From Gordius albopunctatus (Eukaryota): a stretch of DNA of 64,000 nucleotides. The notes beneath the pieces are model-generated. The model did not search any database. It was not told the DNA's origin and was given only the letters and a program-made list of their open reading frames with translations. This document shows, one piece after another, positions 23,694-49,202 of this stretch. The position numbers were made by a program, and so were the translations under genes. The first letter of the stretch is position 1. Each line of letters starts with the position of its first letter. Location: the NCBI GenBank assembly GCA_964276515.1, contig OZ193910.1, forward strand, positions 6,262,001 to 6,326,000, given 5' to 3'.

Positions 23694-25077
23694 TTATTCT
23701 GTCCATTTGTGAGCACAATTAGGATCTGTACATACGTAATATAATCTCATTTCATCCTAAAATAAAACATATTTTAGGATATTTTGAGTTGAATGTTGCT
23801 ATATCAGTATATATATTAAAAATTGATAAAGTGGCACCAAAGTTATGTCAATTTAAAATTAACAGTGATATTTATACAATTGAACCTAAACTTAATTGTT
23901 TTTATTACTAACTAATTATATGAAATTAAAAACCTTATTGCACAGGCAAATGAATGATTGATAATAATATCTTACTTATTGATTATTTTTCAAATTAAAG
24001 TTATAAAAAGGTTTATAGGAGTGTTTTACATTTTAAAATCCATGTAAAAACATAATTAACATCTTATGGTATGCTTAATAACCATAAAATTTGGAGCCAA
24101 AAGGATACTATATTTAATGAAATTAAATCTAATTTTTATAAATTATGACCAATATTTTAAGGAAAAGCATCTAGTTTTTCAAAAGTCATCTTAACCCATT
24201 AAAGTCTACGGTTGAATTTATCATATGCAAAAATACTATATTTAATCTAGAAATTTGCATACTTAAACACCTTCTGATGTTACCGAATTTAGTTTTTATT
24301 AAAGCTTAAGATGTGATTTACATTAAAAACTAATAATAATTTATTATGTTTGCTAATTAATTGGCTTTCTCTTTTGGTAAAACAAGCAACTTTTCTCAAG
24401 ATAGTGTCCAGTCCAAAGTTCCAAGTGAAGATATTTTTCAAATCCAAACTTAAATAAAAATAATATTTTTAAATCCCAGCCTATTTAACAAATCCAAATA
24501 TAAAATTCTTTAATATTTCTAAAGTAATTATTCTTTTGTATAACTAATACAAAACCTAAACTCCATAACTATTTTTTCTAGTATTATAAACATGTCTTTA
24601 TTATTTTAAAAAGTTTAAAACATTGGCAATTGATGTAGTGAAAACAATTTATGAATTATTTAATGAGTGTTTAATAGGGATTAAATATTTACTTCAGCTC
24701 TTGTACTTTGTGCCTGAAAGAATACTGCTTCTTTATGTCCACACCTAGGACATGCATGATCTTCAGTTCGTGGTAAAGTGGGATCTGATATCACATCAGA
24801 TACAATTTGACTCAATTCATTTATTTCATGCGTAATTTTATTTACATATATACAGTTATTATCAGCAACTTCCCTATAATCACAATTCCTACACTAAAAA
24901 ATTGATTTATGACATGTGAAAATTACTCACAGCATATAACAAAATTCTGTTTGCTTTATCTTCTTTGGGATACAACATATTATTGCTAATTAATATAAAA
25001 TAAATCAACTTAGGCGGTTACCACTCTTGACAAAACTTGATGCCTACATAACCCGTGGTACCAGAAATCTCAGTCAT
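23694..25077 (-). CDS. POLR2I: DNA-directed RNA polymerase II subunit RPB9, 4 exons (25077-25022, 24985-24931, 24893-24693, 23756-23694)
   Basis: Spliced translation [95 protein letters not shown], with GT-AG introns. Confidence 0.97.
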
Positions 25078-26399
25078 ATAAAATTTATTTTGAAATTTAT
25101 CTGTTATGTGCGCTCTCGTTACAAATTCAAAATTTAAAGTGTCATCCAACTCATCATTTTCTATTAATCAAATGCCAGTACGGTTATAAATCAAAGAATC
25201 TATTTAAGAGAGGATCCAAGCTTGTTTATAGTATGAAATAAAGTTATTTAGTTTAAGGTCAGGGTATGATTTTAAATAGTCGGTATATGATATAAAAAAT
25301 TTTCATATTTATGCCTAAACTCGCATTAAGCTTAAAATAGATACAATGCTCACCTAAATATAGTGAGTCCATGTGGAGTAGGTTGCTATTTTATTTCTAT
25401 GGGTTATAAGATTTAAAATATGCTGAACACATACAAAATAGATATAAAAGTTTAATTTTGTTCATTTTTGAACCCTTGATAGGCGGATGTGTCTTGACTG
25501 AACTTCACTTTCCCATGGGAAAAAAGTCTTTTTTCAAATGGCACTACACCTTTAATAATTTTTGTGCATTATTTAACAATATCCACGGTCTCCTAGCATC
25601 AGGAATCCTTCATATTTATTCCTATCGTTTTGTCCTTCTCGGGGACGTTTGGGAAGAGTGCTTTACATTTAAAAAAAAAACTTAATAAGTGCTTACCTCC
25701 CTCAAAGTATCGAATAAGATCGATCGCCATTGCCATCGCTAAATCCAATATAATATTTTTCGTTCTTGTTTACTTTTATTTATTGTCATGCTCATGTTTA
25801 ATACTTTTTATAATAAAGCATTTTTACAAAAAGATAAATAAAAAAGTTTAGTTTTGTACCTTTCATCATAGACGTAGCCAAGGGGGGGGGGCGGCTGCCC
25901 CCCTCTAAATTCAATTTTTTTTTGAAATGTATTATATTTATTACCACATTTGCAAAAAATAATCATTTTGCAAATCCCTAAATGATTATTGCCCCCCTCT
26001 AATCTCAATGCTGGCTACGCCCATGCCTTTCATACTAATCGGCTACATTAATTCTTTATCAACTATCAAGCATAACACATATAATTGGCGTGTATATATT
26101 CTTCAAATTTTACCTAAGTCAAATGAATGACATTACATACATTAACTTGCAACGGTTTCCATTTTTAATGGGATGCCTTTATTATAGTATCTAAAACTCT
26201 CTTAATTTTTGTAAGGGGGGATATAGGTCAAAGCGCGCCCCTCTTTTGTAACATAAGTTTTAATTATAAGATTGCATAAATATAATCACGTTTAACACTA
26301 ATTCTAATAAAATTAATTCCAACTTTATAATAAAAAATTATGCCGAAACAAGCTATACAAATGTTAAATATAATCATTAATAACACAGTTCTTAAAAAA

Positions 26400-28720
26400 A
26401 CTATCATGCAATCGGATTTATAATTCTGATAGAGAATTTTGCGCTAAAAAATAATTTGTTTTTATGTTTTTTCCAAAACCTTCAGTTTCGTAGATAAACA
26501 AGGTTGAAGTTGCAAAAAATTCCCTTTTCAACCTTTTTTGAGGTTTTATTGCCACGGCATTTTTAATTTATACTAAAAAGTGTGAATTTATTCCTGTAGA
26601 TTAAAGTGTCATCTATACGTCCATTATTTTAGTTTTTTGTTTCGCCTTTATTTTTAAATTTATTCGCGTTTAAGTGAACCTATTCTCTTATTTAAATTCG
26701 TTCCACTATGGTTGGAAAACGGATTAAGGGAACATACTGCGTACGCGATGTTTACTAACACATCTCTCTCTCCCTTCACCTACTATCATCTCATTCCCCT
26801 CCACAATTTAATCAAACTCAATTTTTATAAAATTTTTAATTAAAAAATAAAACGCATGGAACTATTTTTGATGCAAAAAACACAGGCATCAAAAATTTCC
26901 GTGTTTAAATTTGTTCTTCGGTCTTAATAAATCCGGCCCGCTAACGAAAAACACCTCTCACTCGAGGCAAATGAAGCAGGTGTCGAAAAATCTTAAAACA
27001 AGGGAGCTAAGCGCTAGAAATTGACCACTGTGGTCTTTCCACAACGCCTCTGGATTTCGAATCATATCGAATATTTTTAGTATTCTATTCGGATTCAATA
27101 ATTTTATTTGAAAAAATATTAAATTCGAGACGTCGAATATTAAAATAAGGATTTAAATTCGATTCAAAAAAATTTAAAGATTCGAATTCGATTCGAATAT
27201 TTTTAAACTTTTTTTATTTCTAAATATCGCCATAAATAAATTTATTCACAAAAATGCAATGATTGAATATAAAAATATTAAAGAAGGATAAAATATCGAT
27301 ATTTTAGTCAGTCTTTGTTTGTTATATACAAAAACTTAGACGATGATTGCAGGTTGCAAATTCGATGATTTTGTATGGTCCCAAACCATTAAGTTATTTT
27401 TATTCTTCAGTATCAAAATTATTTAAATTAATATAGTCTCTTATTAAAAATTTCGCCTAGATGGCATTAATTAGAGTTTATCCATTATTTAGTTTGGGTA
27501 CCCGTACAACGGGTTATTATCTTGTTTTATTATAAATCTAGAATGTTTATATATATAAATAAAATCTCGGCGCATAAGGTTAATGCATATCAAAATATAT
27601 TATTTATAGTTTAATGATTTATGTTAAAGTTTAATGGATAAGTACAAAAATAATGTAAACATTAAATAATAGTTGACCTAAAATGTTAGCAAAAATATTA
27701 GATTTTTTTTGAAGTTGAACCCCATATTCTATGTAAAGTGCTATTTTTATATTTTATGTATGCTTATAAAATTTAAATTTAGTGATCGAGGAAAATAACT
27801 AATTTGCGGAAAGATGAAAACAGCTTAATTATTTCAAGTATAAATAATTTTTCAAATCCCTTTTTAAAAATTCGATTCGATTTTCGAATCTCACCAGGTA
27901 AAAATATTCGAGTCTAAATTCATACCTAAGAATTCGAATTCGGATTTGATTCAAAATTTCGAATCGAATCCGAATTCGAATAGAATCTAGAATCAAATAT
28001 CTCCCAAGGGTGTACTTTCCACCATTCCAATATTTCTATAAAATTCTTTACAAATATTTTCAGCTATTAGGAGTAGATTTTTTTTGTTCCATACTCAATT
28101 GTTTCTATATTATAAAAAGCGTAAAATGAATGAATCAATAACTTGTAATCTATTAATTTTTTGTAATTATTGTTTTAAACAGAACAGAACAAAAGACTAC
28201 TTAGACTACTACTTCTAAATTATTTACTTCTAAATTATTCCGGGCCGGGCCTATTATTTATGAATTAGGCCCGGCCCGGAATTTTAAAGCCTCAAAATTT
28301 GAGGGCCGGGCCTCGGGCTGCCCGTGCAGGTCTCTAGGCGGGAGTGGAAAAAAGGAGAAAGGGAGAAAGAGGTTTGATAGTAAATATCCCGTTTATAGTA
28401 TGTGTTCTAATGTATTCCTTTTTACAGACATAGTAGGACTAATTTTGCTAACGGGAAGGGGTTCACGTAATCGCGAGCAAATTTAAATATAGAGGTGAAA
28501 CAAAAAATTTAAATACTGGACTGATGAAACTTTAATCTATAGGAATAAATTTATAATTTTCAGTAAAAATTTAAAATGCCTGAAAAAAGGTTAAAATGGG
28601 CATTTTTTGCACCTTCAATCTCTTTTTCCTAAAAACTGGAAGTTTTGGGGGGAAACTAAAAACAGATTATTATTCAGCGCAAAATTTTATTTTAGAAATA
28701 TTGGTCTGATTGCGGGATAG
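26400..28720. repeat. Diverged long inverted repeat (foldback/MITE arms) enclosing nested ttcgaa-rich and gggccc-rich MITE remnants
   Basis: ~26400-26700 is the reverse complement of ~28450-28720 (gcgctaaaaaataatttgttt versus aaacagattattattcagcgc). 27050-27990 has ttcgaatcgaat ends; 28240-28336 ends in tgcaggtctcta. Confidence 0.65.
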
Positions 28721-29650
28721 AATTACAAAGTTAATACTTAAAGATCTTTTTTATTAATATGTTAAGTAACGTGAAATATATTATTTAGTTGCTTAAAAAT
28801 TTAAACAATCATCTGTTATTATAAGAATGAATTCTTTTTGTATTTGGCTCTTCTAAATTAAATTTTTTGTTAATTGAGTATATAAGTTAAATCCCTTTTA
28901 GGATTTTTTCTGTTGTATATCAGTTGTACTAACCACAAATAGAAAGATTTATGAAGGGGCCATTAATAAAAATTCCAATTCTGGCAGTCATAAGAAAAGA
29001 GGAAGATATAATAGCATAGGTGATGGGAAAAAATATTCAAGATGTAGATCAATACCGCAATCCAGGAAGTTGTGAAATAAGATGAACAGCAAAAGGCATG
29101 GGCGGCTGGAGACTGTTTAAAGGAGTAGAAAATTAAGAAGATTTAGCATTTTGAGAGCATTTTAACTATAGGTCAAAGGAAGGTAATAAAAAGTGTTAAA
29201 TTTTATATCAGTATTTAACATTTGACAGAATTTCAGTTGTCACGGAACTGAAAATTTCTTTCCTTTTTATTGTGAGGTTCATGTTTTCGTAATAGGTCAT
29301 GGGCGTAGGCAGGGGGGGGCGGCCGCCCCCCCCCTGAATGAGAATTTTTCTATTTTTTAATGTAAATTTATGTAAAAATTGGAAAAAATTAGTGTTTCGC
29401 CCCCCCCTGATTGAAATTAAGTTTTATGTTGAAAATTTTATTTGACGACCTTTTGACGCAAATTTAAATTATATAAGAATTAAATATTGAGATTAGTAGT
29501 TGCGTTTGTGTTAGTTCCTTCATACATCGTTTACATATCCTCTGTACACTGTACTGTTGATTAATAATGAGTTTTTATGTGGGTTGAGGCCAAAGAATAG
29601 CAAAATATTTTAATTACTAACGTAAATACCAAAAAATGTCTTGGCGGCGA

Positions 29651-29694
<44 letters not shown>

Positions 29695-30642
29695 CTCACT
29701 TAGTCTCGGCGATTTTTTTTGCTCGCCCCCCCCTGATCCGAAAGCTGGCTACGCCCATGTAATAGGTAAATACAAAGAATATATAGGTTAGGTAGAAATA
29801 GGTTATTATAAAACAATGTCCTTTAGGGTAACAGAATACATTATAAGCCATGAAAAATTAATAAATACTTTATTCTCACTGCACATCTCAGTTAAATCGA
29901 AGTGTTAATATTTAGGTGCTTTTTAGGGTGGACATTTAGCAACTATGCAGGAAAAAAATATAGTAAACTAGTTTTATATTGTCTTTGACGGGTCGATAAG
30001 ACATGCTTTATAATTTTTTATACGAATGGCATAACAAAACCAATGTTTTATTTCAAACCACCATTAAAATGTTCGAAAATTCATTGAGCTTGCATCGAAT
30101 CTTAAAAGGAAGTATGCTCGACGGTTTTTTTTCCATTTCTACATAATATTGGTTTACCTTTTAAGCACTTTACCTTTCCAAAATATTTTTCTCCATCACA
30201 TTCCAACCTTAACTTACGGCTCTTATAGAAGCGTAAACTTTAACCACATTTTTGGCATCCCATTCTTTTACCGCTATTGTTGCATCGTGCCTTAGCACTT
30301 TGGAAAATAAGTTATAAATTTTCTTAAATATTTTAAAACCCTTAAGCTTTTTGCAATTCATTCTTTGTTTATTTATACTAATTATATAACAATATTTAGT
30401 AAATATTAATTATTTTTAAAGAAATAATGGATTGAATAGATGAAAATATAACTCTTGCTTATTTGGAATATTTAGAAAAAATGTTATTTTTAGATTAAAC
30501 TAATATGTAGCATGTCAAGTATTTATTTGGAAAAATTATATTTTTTGAATTAAGTCTATACTTATCATTCATATTTTTGTTGATATTAGGGTATTTTTTT
30601 ATATTAAATCATATAATATTATTAGCGAATAAAACATATTTA

Positions 30643-42334
<11,692 letters not shown>

Positions 42335-42779
42335 TAAAATTAAAATTTAGAATACCATGGCGTTCTATTGTAGTTAGAATGTAAAACATGAATATTTATG
42401 TATGTTTATGCGAAGCGACACTTAACAATAATAGTCTTTTTTCATGTATGCCATGGGGAGGCAGGAATAGCAGTGACCTAGCTAGGTGAGGACCAAGGAT
42501 AGGCCCCCCCCCCAAGGGCATAATCCTTACCACTTCAGTCCACCCCCCCCCCAAGAAAAAACCTCGGGGCCCTTTGGCCCCCAAGCATTTATTTAATTTA
42601 TTAAATATCAATATAATTAATATCTTTATTAGTTTTTAAATTATATTTTTTTGGTTTAGCTAACCGAAATATTTAATTACCACTTTGTTCTTTATTAACA
42701 TGGATTGAAAAATAGCAAACAATTAAATCATAGGTAATTTTTTAAAGCCCTCAGCTCTAAACAATAGCTTAAATCAAAT

Positions 42780-45295
42780 ATATTTCTGCGTCCTCCTCAG
42801 GGATTTCGCTGTCCCAAAAATCGAGGTCGATGTGTTCGTCGTTTGGTTCTAGAGGGATGAAGTCCAAATGTTGGGCTGCGTGTTCCGGGACGGGATACCA
42901 GGCTCTCGAAGCCTCATCGCTGGGTTAACGGTGGTGCTAATCCCTTTGATGTTGAAATGTATGGCTATGAGCGCTTGTAGTCCGAAGACCGTGACGAAGG
43001 CTCCTAACAATTCTTCTACGATAGGAGAATTAGATCCTCCCTTTCGCAAGACGTAGTATGCAGTGGCCGAGTCTGTTTGAATTTGTGGGTATAGATGTCC
43101 CTCCCTACGGGCCAGGGTGTACCCGTAGCAAGCCGCGAGCGCCTCCGTAAGGGTGATGTGACCGTGACCTGGCCAAGTCCATTTCACTTTTTTGGCCGCC
43201 TTTTCGAAGGTTATTGAGGACAGCTGTCCGTTCCAGGCTATACCAATGTGCGAATTCGATGCATCGACTGCGATGGTGGTGGTATGCTGTTTGTGTAGCG
43301 GCATGGTGTCCGTGATGGAGCGCATGATCTCTTTCAGCTTGTTGGTTGCTATTATCCGGTTGAACTCCGGGGCGTGAGGGTTTGTCAATGCGTAAAACGG
43401 TGAGAAGAGCTAGGTCATCCCTGTTAAATTATAGTAGAAGTAATTCAGAGCGCCCAGCGCTTCCAAGAGAACGTTTGTGTCTGGGGCGTTCCTATCGTCC
43501 ATGCACAAGTATAAGATATCGGCTGCTAGCTTGAACCTTGTTATGGTGTTGGGCAGGATCTTTACTGACCCGACGTCCAATCTTAGTCGCATCCCCAGGT
43601 AGTCTATGTGTTGTTCTGGTAGGATGCTCGATTTGGCCGTGTTGATAGTCAGCTCCCAGTCCTTAGACATTTCGACCAGGCTTTCCAAGTCTAGTTGTAC
43701 GTTATCGCAATCGTCGCTGAAGATTAGTAGGTCATCTAGGTAGACGTTATACTGGGACCGGGTGACTGCTTTCTTTGCGAAGTCGTAGACTATCACCTGG
43801 AGAACGTATGGTGAAAACGTAGCCCCCATGGGCAAGACGTTATACTGGTATAGTTTTTTCTTCCAACCGTACCCGATCTACTTTTTGGTTATCGTGTGTA
43901 TCGGGATCGAGAAAAACGCGGCCTTTAAGTCGATTCTTTCCGCGTATCTAGCCCTCGAGAGTTGTCTGGCTGTTAGCGGTATCGTGGCCAAATTCAGCGG
44001 GTGCGGCTTGAAATTGCGTGATGCTTCCAATAGGTCAGTGATAACGCGTGCGTCCCCATTGGCCTTGGCGATGAAGAACGTGGAGGATCGGATCGCCAGT
44101 GCTTGAGTGCGGGAAACCACCCCTGCTGCCTCCATCTCCGTGAAGTACGCTGGCGAACCCTTCGAGATCCTTCTCCGCTTCGGGGGCCCGAATAGCCCTC
44201 TGTTTTTGACAATCTTGGGTCCGTCTAAGTGAGGCCTGTATCCCTCGAAAGCCACATTCAGAGTAAATCGTGACATTAATGGATGTGGCTTCAGTCTCGA
44301 GGTTCGGATATCCAGGGGACCGGTAGGCGCCGTGGTGACGTTGGGGGTTTCCCGGGTAAAGAGCAGCTTGTGTGCTCGCAAGACTGCACAGACACTCGTG
44401 GAGCCAGTATCCCCGCCGAGGGACGTAATAGCTGAGTTTATTCTGGTGGCCACCTCGACTGGTAGTTGATTATGTGGAGGGTGAGCTGGCGAGTCGGGTG
44501 GCGTGGTGTGGGAAGGCTCCTCGACGGGAGGCACTTCATTTGAAGGAGAGAATATTATCCGGCGTGTCTCCCTTAAGAAGGAAAGTATCTGCTACAACCA
44601 GGTGGGAGAGCGATTCTCTGCTTCACAGGTGGGACGGGGTAAGCCCGAAGGCACGATGTCCCAGTTGTTTGCGAGGTTGGAAAGGCGCTTTCGAACACTG
44701 GGCAGGGGGCGCGCTCTTCTCGACGTTGTGGCTCTTAAAACCGCCTCTCCCCCCTGCCAGCTGCTAGAAAAAACTGGCGCCGCGCTTGATAGGTAACTTT
44801 TACGTCCTTAAAGCGCATTTCTTTCAACCATGATGCATCGGTGCGGGTCGCGGTTGCCCAATTAAATTTTATCGCGAGGCACAAAGTTTTCAATTGGTCG
44901 TCAATTGGTATTAGGTCCTCCACCGGTTGCTCCGGATGGCATAGCTTAGCTGTGTGCATGGCGTACTTCGCTTCGTGTTTGTTCCGTTTCGCCGTTTGAG
45001 CGTCGGGGTCAGCTGTGAGCTCTTCAAGACCTTTAATATGGAGATGAATATCCTCCCAGACCGATTGCGAGGTCCTGGGAGGTTCTGGCGCTAGCAGGAT
45101 CTGCACGGTCGATGGCAGCCCTGACCCGGATGCTTGAGTAGCCCCCGGCAGTGATGTGGGGCTACTTGCATTTACTGACATCTTTGCGAGTTTTCGCTGC
45201 TTTCAACGTCCGCCCTCTGAGATATTGGTGTTAAGGTTCCGAACAGGTTGCGTCTAGGTGTTTTTAGTGAGTTAGACCTAGTAATTGGCTTAAAA
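42780..45295 (-). mobile_element. Hepadnavirus-like retroelement, copy 2 (diverged, degenerate, no terminal repeats found)
   Basis: ORFs 43878-44534, 43410-43835 and 42849-43388 are in one frame (IDLKAAFFSIPIH, LPMGATFSPYVLQ, YLDD, VDAS, HITLTE, QTDS, NPA[D]EASR after a 1-nt deletion). ORF1 44735-45181 is homologous to copy 1. Confidence 0.85.
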
Positions 45296-45499
45296 CATAA
45301 ACTATTAACATGTATTCGGAGAACAACACCAAAATTTTTATGAGGTAAAGGGGGGAGTGAGTAAGAATGAGCAGAAGGTAGCTAGGGGGTAATATGAGCG
45401 ATGGGCGAAATGATCGAGTAGTGTCCCCCAGTCATTCTCGTGATTATATACCTATAAACACGTGGGAAGAATAATAATAGAAGCCTAGATAATAAATAT

Positions 45500-45696
45500 A
45501 AAATTGTGATAAAAAAATTAAAATATATTATAAAGAATTTTGCCCCCCTCCCTTTATTTGTCCCGTTGGTTTGCCCCCCCCCCCTTATTTTTTACCCTCT
45601 TTTTGACTGGTGCCCCCCCCCCCTTATTTTTTACCCTGGGGCGCAAAAGGGGGGCAAAGTTCTTAATAATATATTTTAATTTTTTATCACAATTTT
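45500..45696. repeat. Small inverted-repeat element (MITE-like)
   Basis: aaattgtgataaaaaaattaaaatatatta..tttgccccc versus gggggcaaa..taatatattttaattttttatcacaattt. Confidence 0.75.
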
Positions 45697-47479
45697 TGGA
45701 TTAATATATGATTTAAAAATATTGATTAGCATTATATGTCAGCTGCCAACTCTAATAGTAAGCTATAATAAAATCTGCTGAAAACCATGTTTAGTTTCAA
45801 ACAAGCATGCTAGATACCACGGTATATATCAAGCAACTCTGCTCGATGCCCAGCTAGTTTATATCTTACTCAACCGGCAGTCATCAGCAGCTTTAATCTG
45901 CTAGTGCTATTAACCGGGTTATTAAGCAGCATCTGCTCGTTATGCTAGATGGGAATGGTAGGAGATATGATAAGTGCCTATTACCAGCGTTGAGTAGTAA
46001 ACCATTTCGAGCATTTTAACATCTCTACTTGGGATGCATTTTAATGATATATAAAAGGGTAATATTTATAGAGCGTTGGTGTCTTACCCACTTTTAACTC
46101 GATGTTTGCCTTTTCATAAGGTAAAAGCATTTTAATTAATAGCATGATATATTTTATGGAAATGCCTCCAAGTTTTTCCATTAAATCTTTGCCATAAAAA
46201 TGAATATTTCATCATACATCTCATGCAAACTTTTTAACATAATGATTTTTGAGTCCCACCAGATTGTTGTATGGAAAAATATATTTTTTTTTATCATTAA
46301 GCTAATAAGTGCATTTTTTGTTTCTACAATATAATTAGAATATAAAGCTAAATAAATTCAATTTTTTTAATTTTTAAAGCCCGAGCCCGGCCCGCACTTT
46401 TTTTATTCCTCTTTTTTAGGCCCAGCCCTTGAACTATTCAAGTATACATTAAATTTTTTTTTAAAATGATGATTGTAAAATTACTTCAGTAATTTTTTAT
46501 TGTGGTTAAAAAGTTTATTTCCACGAAACAAAGTTACATAAATAAGCGAAATACAAAAATAAAGACATATTGGTTAAATACAAAGATCTATATCATTATC
46601 TTCTAAAATGGGCCACGAGTTGGCAAAGGATTTAAAGTTGTATCGTGCAACAAGAAATCCATAGTTGTCCTGAATAAAAAGGACGCAGAAATTAAAGATT
46701 TCGAGGTGCGTTTTCAGATTTCTTTAAAAAACCGCATTGCCTGTTTGCCAAAGTATGATAAAAATTTAAGCCACAAGTCATGGGAATAAATTTTAACTCA
46801 ATTCACAACTCTAATTTGCAATACTCCAATCGGCAAAAATATTAATTAAATTCATTAATTTCTCAAAAAATTATCGCTTATTTATAAAATATCAAAGATG
46901 TTTTAATACCATAAATTATCTAGGTTGTACGGTATAATCTATACACATATGCATCCTTTTAAATCGTCATTGGACAAACTATATTTTTTGTTTTGTTTTT
47001 AGAATCAATTATATAAATGGCAAAAAAATATTAGAATTAAAACAAATTATTTTTACATTAAAAGATTATATTACCATAGAATAGATAGACCGCTTATCAA
47101 CGCACAAAATGTGTACCCTTTTCCCACCATTTTAAAGATTACACGGTAAAAGAGTGATTTGTGATTGAGAACAAATTATTGTGCTCAGTACTCAATTCAT
47201 AGTAATTTAATTATTTGTTCAGTATAAAATTCATATGTTCAGTTTTTTATTCAAATCTTGCTCAGTAATTTTTTTAATTATGCAAAGTAACTACGAACAA
47301 GTTTTTAAAATAAAAACCTAAAGGAAGCTTCGAACCCGCATCTAAGTAAGAGTCTCTTGTGTTACACATGGAGTCAAAATGCTCGTCTCAAAAGTGGTTT
47401 AATTTTGTTAATATGTTAGTAAAAATTTTTTTATTATATAAGCTGCTCCTTCTTTTGCGCTCATTTTAAATAATTTTAT

Positions 47480-48145
47480 ACTTTAATACTAGTCTATGAG
47501 ATAAGAATACTGGCAGACAAAGTGTACCGGAAGGAAAATTGCCATCATTTATATAAAGAATGGATCAAGAAAAAAATACATGGTATGAGGAGTGTAGACA
47601 ATGTATTCAGAGCGCAAATAATGCCTAAGAATCAGCCAATAGGCTAATAAAAGATGAATTTTTACTTATAGAATGCCTACCACTAAGTAGGTTTAAGGTC
47701 ATGGCTTTAGACAAGGTTAAAGATTAGTCTTCTGAATATAAATACTCCCAAAAATTGTCAAAACCGATGATAAATTTGAAGCTATAGACAGAAGGTTATG
47801 AATTTGGAAGAAATAATATTAATAGCCTGCCAAAACATCTTAATAGTACTGAGTATTGTATACCAGCAAGAAGTATTATGATTAGTGAAAATGACATTAG
47901 CAATGTCAAAGAATTTTTGGCTTTGGCTATGTGAATTGCCAAATGATTGTGAAAGATGCTTTAAAGGCAAGTGCAATTGTTGCTTTTTATACAATATATT
48001 TCCAAACATGTTGTTTTGTTGGCAATTAAACTTAAATTTTGCCAACCACCTAAAAAAGCCAAATGTTTGGGTCAAAAAAGAAAGCGAAGTAGACCCATAT
48101 AGGCAAAATCAGCCTTTATTGTTTAGTAATAGTAAGTTTAGATAA
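47480..48145 (+). pseudogene. MULE-type transposase C-terminal relic (SWIM zinc finger)
   Basis: GKCNC..F, then in the adjacent frame KHVVLLAIKLKFCQPPKKAKCLGQKRKRSRP. This resembles SWIM CxC..xH followed by a KRKRGRP tail. Confidence 0.55.
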
Positions 48146-48411
48146 TTTAACACTGATTATATAACAAATTTTAGGCTTTTGAAATGAAAATTGTATCCAG
48201 CAAAGTTTGTCTATTTTCCATTTTCAATTGTTAATAATTATTTTGTGATTATATTGAAATAAATTTTTATATTTTGCCTTTATAAAGCTTAAGATTGATA
48301 ACTCTCAATAAATTTGCAAATAAATACATTATAAACACAAGCATAGTAAAATTTAAGAAGGGAGAGACAGAGAATTTTATAATGGGAAATATAGGTCATT
48401 ACTTTTCATAG

Positions 48412-49202
48412 TGTAAGGATCTGTAACCTTTCCATGCGGGGATTAGTATTATAACTACCATTTGTATTATATAAAAGGTTGATTATCAATTTTGTAACGT
48501 ATTGACGAGAATATATATTGTGTGTTCAGCTGTTTGTATTATTGATATCAAGATATATGTATTTTTCTTTGTGACTAAATTACATTATTTGGCGTACAGT
48601 TTTAGTCAGCATATTTAGGATATTAACTAAACAATTGGTCGTCACGCGGTCCGCAGGCAGGACAGCCGGCAGCGATAAGGCAAACTAGAGCCTTTTGCAG
48701 TGGATGCAGAAGCTGGCACCGAATGCCGATGTGTAGGTGAGGAATCTTGTCCAGGCAAGCAAGGCAGGAGAGGACGGTACCGCCGGTAGAATCGGTAGTG
48801 TCGGTGGTTTCGATAGCGCCGGCAGTAACGTTGACAACGGCGGAGCCTGTACGTGTGGAAGTGGTTACAATGGACACCAGTCAGGTCGTGGTCAGCCCGG
48901 AGGAAGAGATGACGTTATTAGGAAATACTCCAGGGCGGGACAGCACGGACCTGGTGGTTCCTCAATTTGAAAGAATGAGGTGTAAGGATCTGTAACCTTT
49001 CCATGCGGAGATTAGTATTATAACTACCATTTGTATTATATAAAAGGTTGATTATCGATGTTGTAACGTATTGACGAGAATATATATTGTGTGTTCAGCT
49101 GTTTGTATTATTGATATCAAGATATATGTATTTTTATTTGTGACTAAATTACATTATTTAGCATACAGTTTTAGTTAACATATTTAGGATATTAAGTAAA
49201 CA
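48412..49202 (+). mobile_element. TRIM-like miniature LTR retroelement
   Basis: 222-bp TG..CA LTRs (48412-48633 and 48981-49202), 5-bp TSD catag, TGG-starting PBS after LTR1, PPT gaaagaatgagg before LTR2, and a 347-bp GC-rich interior. Confidence 0.92.

Noticed and set aside
25380..25800. Possible small minus-strand exons upstream of RPB9
   Set aside because: No recognisable homology or consistent open spliced frame.
43410..44770. Most premature stops in the hepadna-like copies are TAG, suggesting codon reassignment
   Set aside because: They align with different residues in the other copy (K, Y, E, R), and the host RRBP1-like gene ends in TAG. Ordinary nonsense decay explains them.
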